This document shows, piece after piece, positions 37,517 through 46,960 of a stretch of 64,000 nt of DNA. The stretch comes from Lentimicrobiaceae bacterium (GTDB lineage Bacteria > Bacteroidota > Bacteroidia > Bacteroidales > JAAYJT01), in NCBI GenBank assembly GCA_037445555.1, contig JBBIKG010000007.1:3597-67596 (forward strand), given 5' to 3'. A model generated the notes under the pieces. The model worked only from the letters and a program-made list of their open reading frames with translations, ran no database searches and had not been told where the DNA came from. Every line of letters begins with the position of its first letter. Position 1 is the first letter of the stretch. The translations under genes and the position numbers were made by a program.

Positions 37517-38419
37517 ATGAGACATAATACCACTGAGCATGCTCCCGGCTGCACGCTGTGCGGAAGCCAACATTTTAATCTATACCTGGAGACAACGGAT
37601 TATTTTCTCACGAAGGAAAGGTTTGATATATACCAATGCGGGAAATGTAAGGTTTTATTTACGTGGCCAGTGCCAGAAGAGGACCAGCAGGCACGGTATT
37701 ACGAATCCGAACAATACTTCAGCCACAATACACCTACCATTTCCATTACCCGGATGATATATGATTTTGCCAGGCAAATAATGGTCAGGAAAAAGTTACG
37801 ACTCGTGTCGCGTCAGTCGCCCCAAGGGAAAATTCTGGATATTGGTTGTGGCACAGGAGAATTTTTGCATCAGTGCGTGAAGAAAGGCTGGGATGGCTAC
37901 GGAGTTGAGCCCAGCCGGCAGGCGCGTGAATTTGCGATAGGTAAACACGGCCTGAGGATTTATGACCTGAGTGAAATGATGAATTTGAGTGATGGCACGT
38001 TTGATGTCGTCACTATGTGGCATTCACTTGAGCACACTGGCACGCCGGCAGATTATCTTAAAATGGCTTTCCGTTTACTTACCCCCTGTGGCACCCTGGT
38101 TGTAGCCCTGCCAAATCCGGAGTCATGGGATGCTTTTCGATATTCCGCGCATTGGGCCGCTTGGGATGTGCCCCGGCATTTATTTCATTTCACTCGTGGA
38201 GCCATCAGCCAATTGGCTGAGACAAACGGATTCACTCTTAAACATATTTATCCTCTCAAGCTGGACGCTTATTATGTTTGTCTACTGAGTGAAAGATATT
38301 CGAAAAGGAAGTTCGGCCTTTTCCGCGGAAGCCTTGCCGGGCTGACATCCAACATTAATGCCAGCAAAAACAATAATTATTCAAGCCTGATTTATATCTT
38401 TAGCAAATTAATGCATTAG
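37517..38419 (+). CDS. Class I SAM-dependent methyltransferase with N-terminal Cys4 zinc-ribbon-like motif
   Basis: The SAM-binding motif I is ILDIGCGTGEFL. N-terminal CTLCGS...CGKCKV pairs are present. 300 aa. Confidence 0.82.
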   Translation: MRHNTTEHAPGCTLCGSQHFNLYLETTDYFLTKERFDIYQCGKCKVLFTWPVPEEDQQARYYESEQYFSHNTPTISITRMIYDFARQIMVRKKLRLVSRQSPQGKILDIGCGTGEFLHQCVKKGWDGYGVEPSRQAREFAIGKHGLRIYDLSEMMNLSDGTFDVVTMWHSLEHTGTPADYLKMAFRLLTPCGTLVVALPNPESWDAFRYSAHWAAWDVPRHLFHFTRGAISQLAETNGFTLKHIYPLKLDAYYVCLLSERYSKRKFGLFRGSLAGLTSNINASKNNNYSSLIYIFSKLMH

Positions 38420-38536
38420 GGCTCTTTTGCGCGATTTTTGTGCACTATGAAGGCTGTGGCCACCCTGCCTCCGAAGTGCGTTTAAAAGCGGTCTAATGAA
38501 GTCGGGTTATAAGTGCGTTATATTCAGATCAATGCA

Positions 38537-41500
38537 ATGAGAATTTGGAAGCTGTTGTTAAACAAAGGCGTAAAACGGTCAATATTGTTCGCCCTGCTGC
38601 TCATCATGCTTGCCGTAAGCACTGAGTGGATATATAGATCATCTCAGATACCGAAAAGGCAATATGAAAGATTTAGCGATGAGCTTAGCCGCCAGAGATC
38701 GAAGCTGGGAACGCTTTTGGATGAGCTGAAAATGAACTCCGGAATAGATTTCTTTCAAACCGCCTTAACAAAATCAAAAAATTCGGTCCAGCCTGCATTG
38801 TTTGTATACGAAAACGACACCCTCAGTTTTTGGTCAACACCCGCGATTTCAGTACCACAGATTTACGATTCCCTGTTTTTCGGGAGCGATTTCATTGAGA
38901 CCTCAAACGGGCTGTTTATTTGTGAAAGCCTGGAATTAGAAAGCAAAACCCTGATCGGCCTTATGCTGATAAAGCATAATTATCTGTATGAAAACGAATA
39001 TCTCCAAAATAAATTTAATCCCGTTTTCAAATTATCACACACAACCCTAATAGGCTATAAACCAGCGAGATACGATATATTCGACACGAAGGGTACATTC
39101 GCCTTTGCCCTGCATTTTCCGGATATAATATCCCCGCCATCGTATATCATTTTTATTCTCTTCGCATTATATCTTGGGGCTATAGTGCTGATATTTAGTG
39201 CCATAAGATACGCTTATCAGGGCTTGTCCGTTTTGATTAAAAACAAATATCTGCTTCTGGCGGCCTTATGGGTTGATTTGTTGCTGGTACGCACACTGAT
39301 TTTTTTCTTTAAAATACCCGGAATACTCTACGAATCTGAACTGTTCAGCCCAACCACACTTGCCATAAGCAGCCTGATTCCCTCCCTGGGCGATCTGATC
39401 GTGAATGCGGTTATGCTCGTATTTATTGCATGGAGTTTTTATAACCTGCCCCAGCCGGTCAAACAGACAGGAAGCAGAATCGGGAGGTGGTTTACAGGCT
39501 TTTCCCTCTTGTTCCACGTTCTGATATTTTTTCAACTCTTTCTGATGCTGCTTCGGAGCATCATATTTGATTCGACCATTCCGCTCGACCTAAATAATAT
39601 TTTTAGCCTAAACGCTTACAGCGTGCTGGGGTTTCTGTCTGTTGCATGCATATTATTGTCGCTTTTCCTAGTGGCTTTTCGCCTGGTTATGATGGCAAAA
39701 GCCTTGGTAAATAAAACTACAAAGCTATGGCTGCTTATTGCCATTACGGTGCTGCTATATGGCACCCTATCCTTTTTAATCGGAAAGTTTAACTTGCTCC
39801 ACCTGACAACAGCCACCATTTTTATCATTCTCACTGCCGTAATGTTTCGCCGCGGAACCACTCTGCGTGGCACAGGCCAGACAATGGTATATCTGGCGCT
39901 GTTCTCATTTGTCCTGGCATTTACACTAAGGGGGTTCAAAAATGAAAAGGAACATCAGGAAAGGATGCTTCTGGCCATGGACCTGAGTGGCGAACGGGAT
40001 AAAATAGCGGAATACAGATTTGCGCTGATACGAGATTCACTGCAGGTTGACCCTGTTGTATCAGGTATGCTGACAGGATCTAGCGAGCCGGTGCAAACCG
40101 AAGATTCCATTGTGAGCTACATCACCCAAAAATACTTTGATAGATTCTGGCAGAAATACGATGTGCTGATTACCATCTGCTACCCTGGCAAAATACTTGA
40201 AATTAAACCGGGAAATTTTGTGGTAGGATGCTCGGAGTATTTCAACAATTATATTGACACATTTTCAGAGCCGACGGGATTGAAGGATATGTATTTCCTT
40301 TTTCCGGGTACCGGAGAGATTAACTATCTGGCCCGGATCAGTTATCAAAACAAGACAGCGCCCGTGGCTGATTCGGTGCAAGTGTATTTTGAAATACTCT
40401 CAAAAACCATTAAAAAAGGCCTTGGCTATCCTGAACTGCTCATTGATGCAAAAAACGAAAAAACCCCTGACCTTGCCAGTTACAGCTATGCCATGTTTCA
40501 CAACGGCATCATGACTAAAAGCTTTGGGCGATACCCCTATGGCAAGCATGAACAACAACGAGCCCCGGCTGACACAGAATATGAATTTTACCGAAGCAAC
40601 CAATACAGCCATTTGTTCTACCGCACAGGGAGTTTAGGTTATATTATTGTTAGCCTGCCCGAACCAACTCTGATCGAAATAATTGCACCTTTTTCCTATC
40701 TATTCATCTTTTTTGGGCTTATCGCACTGATATTTTCGCTGGTTGTTCGCGCTCCGGCAGGTCTATGGGTTATACCCGCCAGTTTTCGCAACCGCATTCA
40801 GTATTCAATGTTTCTGGTTATTCTTCTTTCTTTTATCATGATCGGGATAAGCACCATGATGTATCTCGTGAGGCTCAACTATAACAAGAACCTAAGCATC
40901 TTGAATGAGAAAAGCCATTCGGTGCTACTCGAACTTGAACACAAGTTATCAGGCCGAAAACAACTGAGCAGGAGCGAAACAGGTTACTACACAGATTTAT
41001 TGACGAAATTTTCGCAAATATTCTTTACCGATATTAATCTGTTTGATACCCGGGGAAAATTACTTGCCACAAGCCGCTGGCAGATATTCAGTGATGACCT
41101 TATATCACAAAACATGAACCCCGTGGCATTCAACAAAATGGTCAACCAACGAAGTGCCTACCACATCCACAATGAATCCATAGGGAAATATCAGTATTTA
41201 TCTGCCTACCTGCCCTTCAGCAACGACCAGGGAAGCCTGATCGGCTATGTAAATTTGCCCTATTTTGCACGACAAAGTGAACTGCGACAGGAGATTTCCA
41301 CATTTCTGATAACGTTTACCAATATTTATGTGGTGCTGATGGCTGTTGGGCTGCTGCTGGCTCTTGTGCTTTCAAATTACCTGCTTAGGCCGCTCACCCT
41401 TTTAAAGACTTATCTGCAGAGGACAAAAATCGGGAAGCCTAACCAGCCCATTCCGTGGAGCAGCCAGGATGAAGTGGGGCAGTTGATAAGCCAGTACAAT

Positions 41501-42223
41501 CGTATGATTGATGAACTGGCCATGAGTGCGGAAGTGCTGGCGAGGTCTGAAAGGGAAAATGCCTGGCGAGAGATGGCACGCCAGGTAGCACATGAAATTA
41601 AAAACCCGCTTACTCCGATGAAGCTGAACATTCAGCATCTGTATAAGGCATGGAATGAAAAAGCGCCAGGCTGGGATCAGCGCTTGCTGAAATTTACACG
41701 CACAATGACCCAGCAAATTGATGTGCTGGCCGAAATAGCCTCTGCATTTTCTGACTTTGCCACCATGCCCGGCACCAACAATCAGCGGCTTGATTTGAAA
41801 GCCCTTGCTGTATCGGCAGCATCTCTTTACCAGGGAAGTGAAAACATTTCGATTGAAGTAAGTGCCGAAAATCCGAATGCCGACTACTCGTTCTACGGAG
41901 ACGAAAAACAGATGATAAGGGTATTTAATAATCTGATTAAGAATGCTGCATACGCCATTCATGACCAGCCTGAAGGCAAGATTGAAATCCGTTTTTATTC
42001 CACCCCGGGGCTAATTCATATTCACGTCAGCGACAACGGAACGGGCATGGCACGGGAGCAGCAAGAACTTATTTTTACCCCCTATTTTACTACAAAAAGC
42101 AGTGGAATGGGACTTGGGCTGGCCATTGTAAGAAATATAATCAAAAGCAACGGGGGTGAAATCAGTTTTGAATCTGAGCTGGGAAACGGAACAACATTTC
42201 ATATCACTTTGCCGGTTCGGTAA
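38537..42223 (+). CDS. Large multi-pass membrane sensor histidine kinase (NtrY-like HAMP-HisKA-HATPase C-terminus)
   Basis: About 900 aa of N-terminal TM-rich sensor region are followed by a HAMP-like segment (LLRPLTLLKTYL...QDEVGQLISQYNRMIDEL). The H-box is HEIKNPLTPMKL, the N-box NNLIKNAAYA, and the G-boxes DNGTGM and GMGLGLAIV. I chose the ATG at 38537; a GTG at 38513 is possible. Confidence 0.88.
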   Translation: MRIWKLLLNKGVKRSILFALLLIMLAVSTEWIYRSSQIPKRQYERFSDELSRQRSKLGTLLDELKMNSGIDFFQTALTKSKNSVQPALFVYENDTLSFWSTPAISVPQIYDSLFFGSDFIETSNGLFICESLELESKTLIGLMLIKHNYLYENEYLQNKFNPVFKLSHTTLIGYKPARYDIFDTKGTFAFALHFPDIISPPSYIIFILFALYLGAIVLIFSAIRYAYQGLSVLIKNKYLLLAALWVDLLLVRTLIFFFKIPGILYESELFSPTTLAISSLIPSLGDLIVNAVMLVFIAWSFYNLPQPVKQTGSRIGRWFTGFSLLFHVLIFFQLFLMLLRSIIFDSTIPLDLNNIFSLNAYSVLGFLSVACILLSLFLVAFRLVMMAKALVNKTTKLWLLIAITVLLYGTLSFLIGKFNLLHLTTATIFIILTAVMFRRGTTLRGTGQTMVYLALFSFVLAFTLRGFKNEKEHQERMLLAMDLSGERDKIAEYRFALIRDSLQVDPVVSGMLTGSSEPVQTEDSIVSYITQKYFDRFWQKYDVLITICYPGKILEIKPGNFVVGCSEYFNNYIDTFSEPTGLKDMYFLFPGTGEINYLARISYQNKTAPVADSVQVYFEILSKTIKKGLGYPELLIDAKNEKTPDLASYSYAMFHNGIMTKSFGRYPYGKHEQQRAPADTEYEFYRSNQYSHLFYRTGSLGYIIVSLPEPTLIEIIAPFSYLFIFFGLIALIFSLVVRAPAGLWVIPASFRNRIQYSMFLVILLSFIMIGISTMMYLVRLNYNKNLSILNEKSHSVLLELEHKLSGRKQLSRSETGYYTDLLTKFSQIFFTDINLFDTRGKLLATSRWQIFSDDLISQNMNPVAFNKMVNQRSAYHIHNESIGKYQYLSAYLPFSNDQGSLIGYVNLPYFARQSELRQEISTFLITFTNIYVVLMAVGLLLALVLSNYLLRPLTLLKTYLQRTKIGKPNQPIPWSSQDEVGQLISQYNRMIDELAMSAEVLARSERENAWREMARQVAHEIKNPLTPMKLNIQHLYKAWNEKAPGWDQRLLKFTRTMTQQIDVLAEIASAFSDFATMPGTNNQRLDLKALAVSAASLYQGSENISIEVSAENPNADYSFYGDEKQMIRVFNNLIKNAAYAIHDQPEGKIEIRFYSTPGLIHIHVSDNGTGMAREQQELIFTPYFTTKSSGMGLGLAIVRNIIKSNGGEISFESELGNGTTFHITLPVR

Positions 42224-42265
42224 TCCTTTTCTGTTTCCCGAAAAGAATAACCATTTAAATTTTCC

Positions 42266-42273
42266 TAATTTTG
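42266..42273 (+). promoter_or_regulatory. -7 promoter box TAnnTTTG (TAATTTTG)
   Basis: Exact consensus match, 26 nt upstream of the TTG start at 42299. Confidence 0.45.
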
Positions 42274-42298
42274 GCCTTATTCAGCCCGCCAGCCACCC

Positions 42299-43771
42299 TT
42301 GAGTTCGATTAAACAACTTGCCGGACAAACTGCCATATACGGCTTGCCCACTATCCTCGGAAGGATACTGAATTACCTGCTCGTACCCCTCTACACCCGG
42401 GTGTTCAGCACGGCCGAATACGGCGTGGTGACCGAACTGTATGCATACGTTGCATTCCTTTACGTTTTGCTTCTGTACGGCATGGAAACCGCTTTTTTCC
42501 GATTTGCGCAAACCGAAGATTCAAATAGAGTATTTGGCACGGCACTCATTTCACTCAGCATAAGCAGTGCTTTTTTCATGGTTTTTACGGTTGTTTTCTC
42601 ATCGCCTCTGGCCGGGGCAATGGGATACGGAAGTCATCCCGAATATATTTGGTGGTTCGGGTTGATCCTTTCTTTTGATGCCCTCTGTGCCATTCCTTTT
42701 GCCAACCTCAGGCAGAAAGGCAATGCCAAGCGATTTGCAATAATAAAATCAGTGAACATTGGCGTGAACATAGGGCTAAACCTCTTTTTTATCGTTCTGT
42801 GCCCAGTTTTGCTGAAAAACAGCAAATTGGGCGAAGTAATCGGGTGGGTGTACTCGCCGGAAATAGGCGTGGGCTATATTTTTATCAGCAATCTGATAGC
42901 AAGCCTTGTGACGCTGCTGCTGCTCATTCCTGAGATGAGTAAGGTATGCCTGGCTTTCGACAGCAGATTGTGGAGGAAGATGTTTTCGTATGCATGGCCA
43001 CTGCTTATTCTTGGGTTTGCCGGAATCATCAATGAGACATTTGACCGTGTTATTCTTAAACACCTTCTGCCATCGCAGCCCAACCCTATGGGGCAACTGG
43101 GAATTTACGGCGCCTGTTACAAGATTTCAATCCTGATGACCATTTTCATTCAAACTTTTAAGTATGCAGCCGAACCGTTCTTTTTTGACCAGATGAAGAA
43201 ACAGGACGCCCCTCGCACCTACGCCACGGTGATGAACTATTTTGTGGCCGTGTGTGCATTCATCTTCCTGGCAATTATGTTGTTTATTGATATAGCACTC
43301 TATTTCGTAGGCCCTGATTTCAGATCCGGCGCACCGGTTATTCCCATCCTTTTGCTTGCGAATTTGTTCCTCGGCATATTCTACAACCTGACGGTTTGGT
43401 TTAAGATAACAGGCCACACACTATATGGGGCTATGGTTGCAGTGGCCGGGATGATAATTACCCTGGTCATGAACTTTGTGCTGGTTCCGGTGATGGGGTA
43501 TATGGGAGCAGCCTGGGCCACGTTTATATGCTATGCCTTCATGATGATTATTTCCTATATCATTGGCCGGCGATATTATCCTGTTCCATACAATATTCCA
43601 AGAATCGCCGGATACATTTTATCGGCAGTAGGGATGTATCAGCTAAGCAACCTGCTGCCCGACACTTACAAGGTGGCGGACTACGCTCTTCGGTTTCTGA
43701 TGCTGGGAGCCTTTGCGCTGCTGGTGTTATGGATTGAAAGAGGCCGAAAACTGGCGGCACCCAAGCTCTGA
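42299..43771 (+). CDS. MOP-superfamily polysaccharide/oligosaccharide flippase (polysaccharide biosynthesis protein)
   Basis: 490 aa with about 14 TM helices. The N-terminus MSSIKQLAGQTAIYGLPTILGRILNYLLVPLYTRVF is typical of Bacteroidota Wzx-like flippases. TTG start. Confidence 0.82.
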   Translation: MSSIKQLAGQTAIYGLPTILGRILNYLLVPLYTRVFSTAEYGVVTELYAYVAFLYVLLLYGMETAFFRFAQTEDSNRVFGTALISLSISSAFFMVFTVVFSSPLAGAMGYGSHPEYIWWFGLILSFDALCAIPFANLRQKGNAKRFAIIKSVNIGVNIGLNLFFIVLCPVLLKNSKLGEVIGWVYSPEIGVGYIFISNLIASLVTLLLLIPEMSKVCLAFDSRLWRKMFSYAWPLLILGFAGIINETFDRVILKHLLPSQPNPMGQLGIYGACYKISILMTIFIQTFKYAAEPFFFDQMKKQDAPRTYATVMNYFVAVCAFIFLAIMLFIDIALYFVGPDFRSGAPVIPILLLANLFLGIFYNLTVWFKITGHTLYGAMVAVAGMIITLVMNFVLVPVMGYMGAAWATFICYAFMMIISYIIGRRYYPVPYNIPRIAGYILSAVGMYQLSNLLPDTYKVADYALRFLMLGAFALLVLWIERGRKLAAPKL

Positions 43772-43802
43772 CATGCCGGAATGGTGATAGTGCTGAAATG
43801 AT

Positions 43803-43810
43803 TAATTTTG
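43803..43810 (+). promoter_or_regulatory. -7 promoter box TAnnTTTG (TAATTTTG) upstream of dut
   Basis: Exact consensus match, 18 nt upstream of the ATG at 43828. Confidence 0.45.
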
Positions 43811-43827
43811 CAAAAAATTGATCGTAC

Positions 43828-44262
43828 ATGGAAGTCAGGATTGTCAATATGTCGCCACACCCGTTGCCGTCTTATGAAACCTTACATGCTGCAGGGATGG
43901 ATCTGAGAGCCTATCTTGACAGGCCCCTGGTGCTTGAACCACTCGGCAGAGCGCTTGTGCCGACAGGGCTATTCATCGAATTGCCGGAAGGGGCCGAGGC
44001 CCAGGTGCGCCCACGCAGTGGCCTTACATTAACGAAAGGCATTACCGTGCTCAATACCCCCGGCACCATCGACAGCGACTACCGGGGGGAAATAAAAATC
44101 ATCCTGATAAATCTTTCAAACGAGCCGGTTGCTATCAATGACGGCGACCGGGTGGCACAGATGGTCATAGCGCGCCATGAGAGAGCCTGCTGGAAGCAGG
44201 TGGATAAGCTTAACGATACGGGTCGAGGAGGCGGAGGATTCGGGCATACGGGCACAAGATGA
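43828..44262 (+). CDS. dut: dUTP diphosphatase
   Basis: [33 protein letters not shown] and the C-terminal [10 protein letters not shown] are the five dUTPase motifs. Confidence 0.94.
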   Translation: MEVRIVNMSPHPLPSYETLHAAGMDLRAYLDRPLVLEPLGRALVPTGLFIELPEGAEAQVRPRSGLTLTKGITVLNTPGTIDSDYRGEIKIILINLSNEPVAINDGDRVAQMVIARHERACWKQVDKLNDTGRGGGGFGHTGTR

Positions 44263-44346
44263 CCGGCCCTCTGAATTGCCGGGAATCTGCAAAAAACAAT
44301 AACCCGATCAATTAGTTGTTAGAACTTAAATCTTGAGCCTGAATAT

Positions 44347-46089
44347 ATGAAGCTGATCAAATATATGGCAATGGCCTGGATGCTGGTTTCGATGGCGCAA
44401 TGCACGCCGGCAAATGAGGTAGCCGCTGCACGGGCCGCACAACCGGCGACTCAGGCAGAAACCGTGCAGGAAGATCGGAGGGTTACCTCTATGTTTATTG
44501 ATGCACAAAAAGAAAAACTATTGGGCAATTATGGAAAAGCGATGGAACTTTTCCAGAAAAGTATTTTAAGGGACTCGAGACATGCTCCCTCATATTACGA
44601 AATGGCTCGCATACTCCAGATACAGCTCAACCTTTCAGAGGCAGTGAAAATGGCCAAAAAGGCAACTGAAATTGATCCCGATAATGAATGGTATACACTC
44701 CTGCTGGCACAGCTGTATCAGGCCACCGGACAAAATGCCCTGGCTACCCAATGCTTTATAACCCTGCAACAAAAGCATCCGGCCAATCTGACTTACAGCT
44801 ATGAGCTGGCCAATATCTACATGAAAATGAACCGGTATGCCAGCGCCATTGAGGTGATGAACAAAATTGAATCACAGATTGGTATATCAGAAGAAATAAG
44901 TTTGCAAAAACAAAAGCTCTACATCCTGTCTAACAACCTGAAGGACGCCATTGCTGAAACTGAAAAACTTTCGGCTGCTTTCCCGCGTGAGAGCCAGTAT
45001 TACAACATGCTGGCAGAGTTACACCTTTCGAACAATGAGCCGGCCAAAGCACTCAGCTATTATAATAAAGTCCTTGAAATGGATCCGGGCAATCCATATA
45101 TCCGAATCTCGCTTGCTGAGTTTTACTGGAAAACACAAAAACCTGAGCAAGCTTATCAGGAACTATTGAAGGGTTTTGAAAATCCCAGACTTGATGTGGA
45201 TTCAAAAGTGAGGGTACTAGTGGCATTCTACAATATCAACCAGCCGAATGAAGACGAAAAAGTGAAGCTTACCCGTTTGTCTGAAATATTGGGACGGGTT
45301 CATCCTGAAGACGTCAATGCACAGGATTTAATTGCATACATAAGTCTTCGCGACAACAGGTATCAGGAAGCCAGAGAGCTATATAAAAAAATAACGAAGC
45401 TTGATAAAAATCGTTATCCTGCATGGGAGAGCCTTATGAGGCTTAACCTGCATCTAGGCATGTTTGACAGCCTTGCTTCTGATAGCCGCAAAGCCATTGA
45501 GCTGTTTCCGCTTCAGCCTATGCCCTATTATTTTGCCGGTATCAGCGCTTATCAGCGCGAGAGCTATAACGAAGCCATCAGTTTATTCAATTCGGGCAAG
45601 GATTTGGTGGTTGACGACAATGAACTTGCTTCGGAATTCTATATGTACCTGGGTGATTCTTACCACCGAACACAAAACTATCAGTCAGCCGATCTGGCAT
45701 ATGAAACCTCTCTTAGCTTCAACCCCGACAATGCGTATGTGTTGAATAACTTCAGCTATTATCTGTCGTTACGCAAAACGAGGCTTGATGACGCTGAACG
45801 GATGGCCAGACGTGCCAATGAACTTTCGCCGGATAATAAGTACTACCTCGACACCTATGGCTGGGTTATGTATCAAAAAGGCAACTATATTGAGGCGCAG
45901 AAATGGATCAGGAGATCGCTGGACCTTGATGACAAACCGAACGCCGAAGTGCTTGAACATTACGGCGATGTGTTATTCAGGCTCGGGAAAACCGATGAAG
46001 CTCTCGATTACTGGGAAAAGGCCATCGAGGTTGGCGGGGGCAGTGATTTGCTGGAAAAGAAAATTAAAGACAGGATGATCTATGAATAG
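44347..46089 (+). CDS. Tetratricopeptide-repeat lipoprotein
   Basis: The signal/lipobox-like N-terminus ends ...VSMAQC. Multiple 34-aa TPR-like units with the A-x-x-x-[FY]...P-x-N pattern run through the 580 aa. Confidence 0.8.
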   Translation: MKLIKYMAMAWMLVSMAQCTPANEVAAARAAQPATQAETVQEDRRVTSMFIDAQKEKLLGNYGKAMELFQKSILRDSRHAPSYYEMARILQIQLNLSEAVKMAKKATEIDPDNEWYTLLLAQLYQATGQNALATQCFITLQQKHPANLTYSYELANIYMKMNRYASAIEVMNKIESQIGISEEISLQKQKLYILSNNLKDAIAETEKLSAAFPRESQYYNMLAELHLSNNEPAKALSYYNKVLEMDPGNPYIRISLAEFYWKTQKPEQAYQELLKGFENPRLDVDSKVRVLVAFYNINQPNEDEKVKLTRLSEILGRVHPEDVNAQDLIAYISLRDNRYQEARELYKKITKLDKNRYPAWESLMRLNLHLGMFDSLASDSRKAIELFPLQPMPYYFAGISAYQRESYNEAISLFNSGKDLVVDDNELASEFYMYLGDSYHRTQNYQSADLAYETSLSFNPDNAYVLNNFSYYLSLRKTRLDDAERMARRANELSPDNKYYLDTYGWVMYQKGNYIEAQKWIRRSLDLDDKPNAEVLEHYGDVLFRLGKTDEALDYWEKAIEVGGGSDLLEKKIKDRMIYE

Positions 46090-46960
46090 AATTGCCTCCG
46101 GCACACTCCAATCCACTGAATTCTATTTGTTAACTGCGGGTAAAATCTTTTTACTTTCGGTTGTTTCACTGGTGCTTTTGGGGGCCTGCTCATCGAGTCG
46201 CGGCATCGCAAAAAGCACTCTGGCCGAAACGAGTGTTGAGCACCTTTTTGGACTCATGAAAGCCAACCAGGTTTCATGCACAACCCTCACCGCGAGCTTT
46301 TCATCTGAATACCGCACCGGAAAAACAACATACACTTTCAATGGACAGATGCGTTTTCTGAAAGACAGCATGGTGTGGATAAGCCTTTCACCGGGGCTGG
46401 GTATCGAGGCCGTTAGGGCAATCATCAGCAGCGATTCGCTCAAAGGCATCAACCGGCTACAGAATACTTATATTGCTGCCCCTGTGGGATATCTTGCCGA
46501 AGTCCTGCATCCGGCATTGAGCTTTGATTTGCTGCAGGCTATGCTGCTCGGAAACGACCTTAGCTTGCCCGAGCACGGTTGCTTCAGCGCTTCGATCGAT
46601 AAAAAGCAGTATAAACTTACCGCCACCAATCGCCGGATCAAGAAAATGACCAAAGGCGACACAGAAATTACCACTATCTCATCGCAGCAGATATGGCTTG
46701 ATCCGGAAACCCACAGGATAAAACGGGTGGTAATACGGGACAAGAAAGACAAAGGTGAGGTGGTTGCCGAAGCCAGTTACAGCAACTTTACTTTACTGGG
46801 CCAGTCCTGGTTCCCCGTACAACAAAAACTTTTGTTTGAAGGCAAGAACACAAAAATACGGATCTGGATTACGTTCAGCCGGCTTGATCAGCCCGCATCG
46901 CTGAGCTTTCCGTTCAGTATCCCCGCCAATTACAGCCCGGCCCTAAAACTAATGCAATAA
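46082..46960 (+). CDS. DUF4292-like (LolB-fold) lipoprotein
   Basis: Lipobox LLGAC, 292 aa. Its position between a TPR protein and an M23 peptidase matches a synteny I recall as conserved in Bacteroidota. The family label is from memory. It overlaps the upstream gene by 8 nt. Confidence 0.65.
   Translation: MNRIASGTLQSTEFYLLTAGKIFLLSVVSLVLLGACSSSRGIAKSTLAETSVEHLFGLMKANQVSCTTLTASFSSEYRTGKTTYTFNGQMRFLKDSMVWISLSPGLGIEAVRAIISSDSLKGINRLQNTYIAAPVGYLAEVLHPALSFDLLQAMLLGNDLSLPEHGCFSASIDKKQYKLTATNRRIKKMTKGDTEITTISSQQIWLDPETHRIKRVVIRDKKDKGEVVAEASYSNFTLLGQSWFPVQQKLLFEGKNTKIRIWITFSRLDQPASLSFPFSIPANYSPALKLMQ

Noticed and set aside
41402-41962. 186-aa minus-strand ORF inside the histidine kinase gene
   Set aside because: It overlaps the HisKA/HATPase motifs, which are unambiguous on the + strand. 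It is a shadow ORF.
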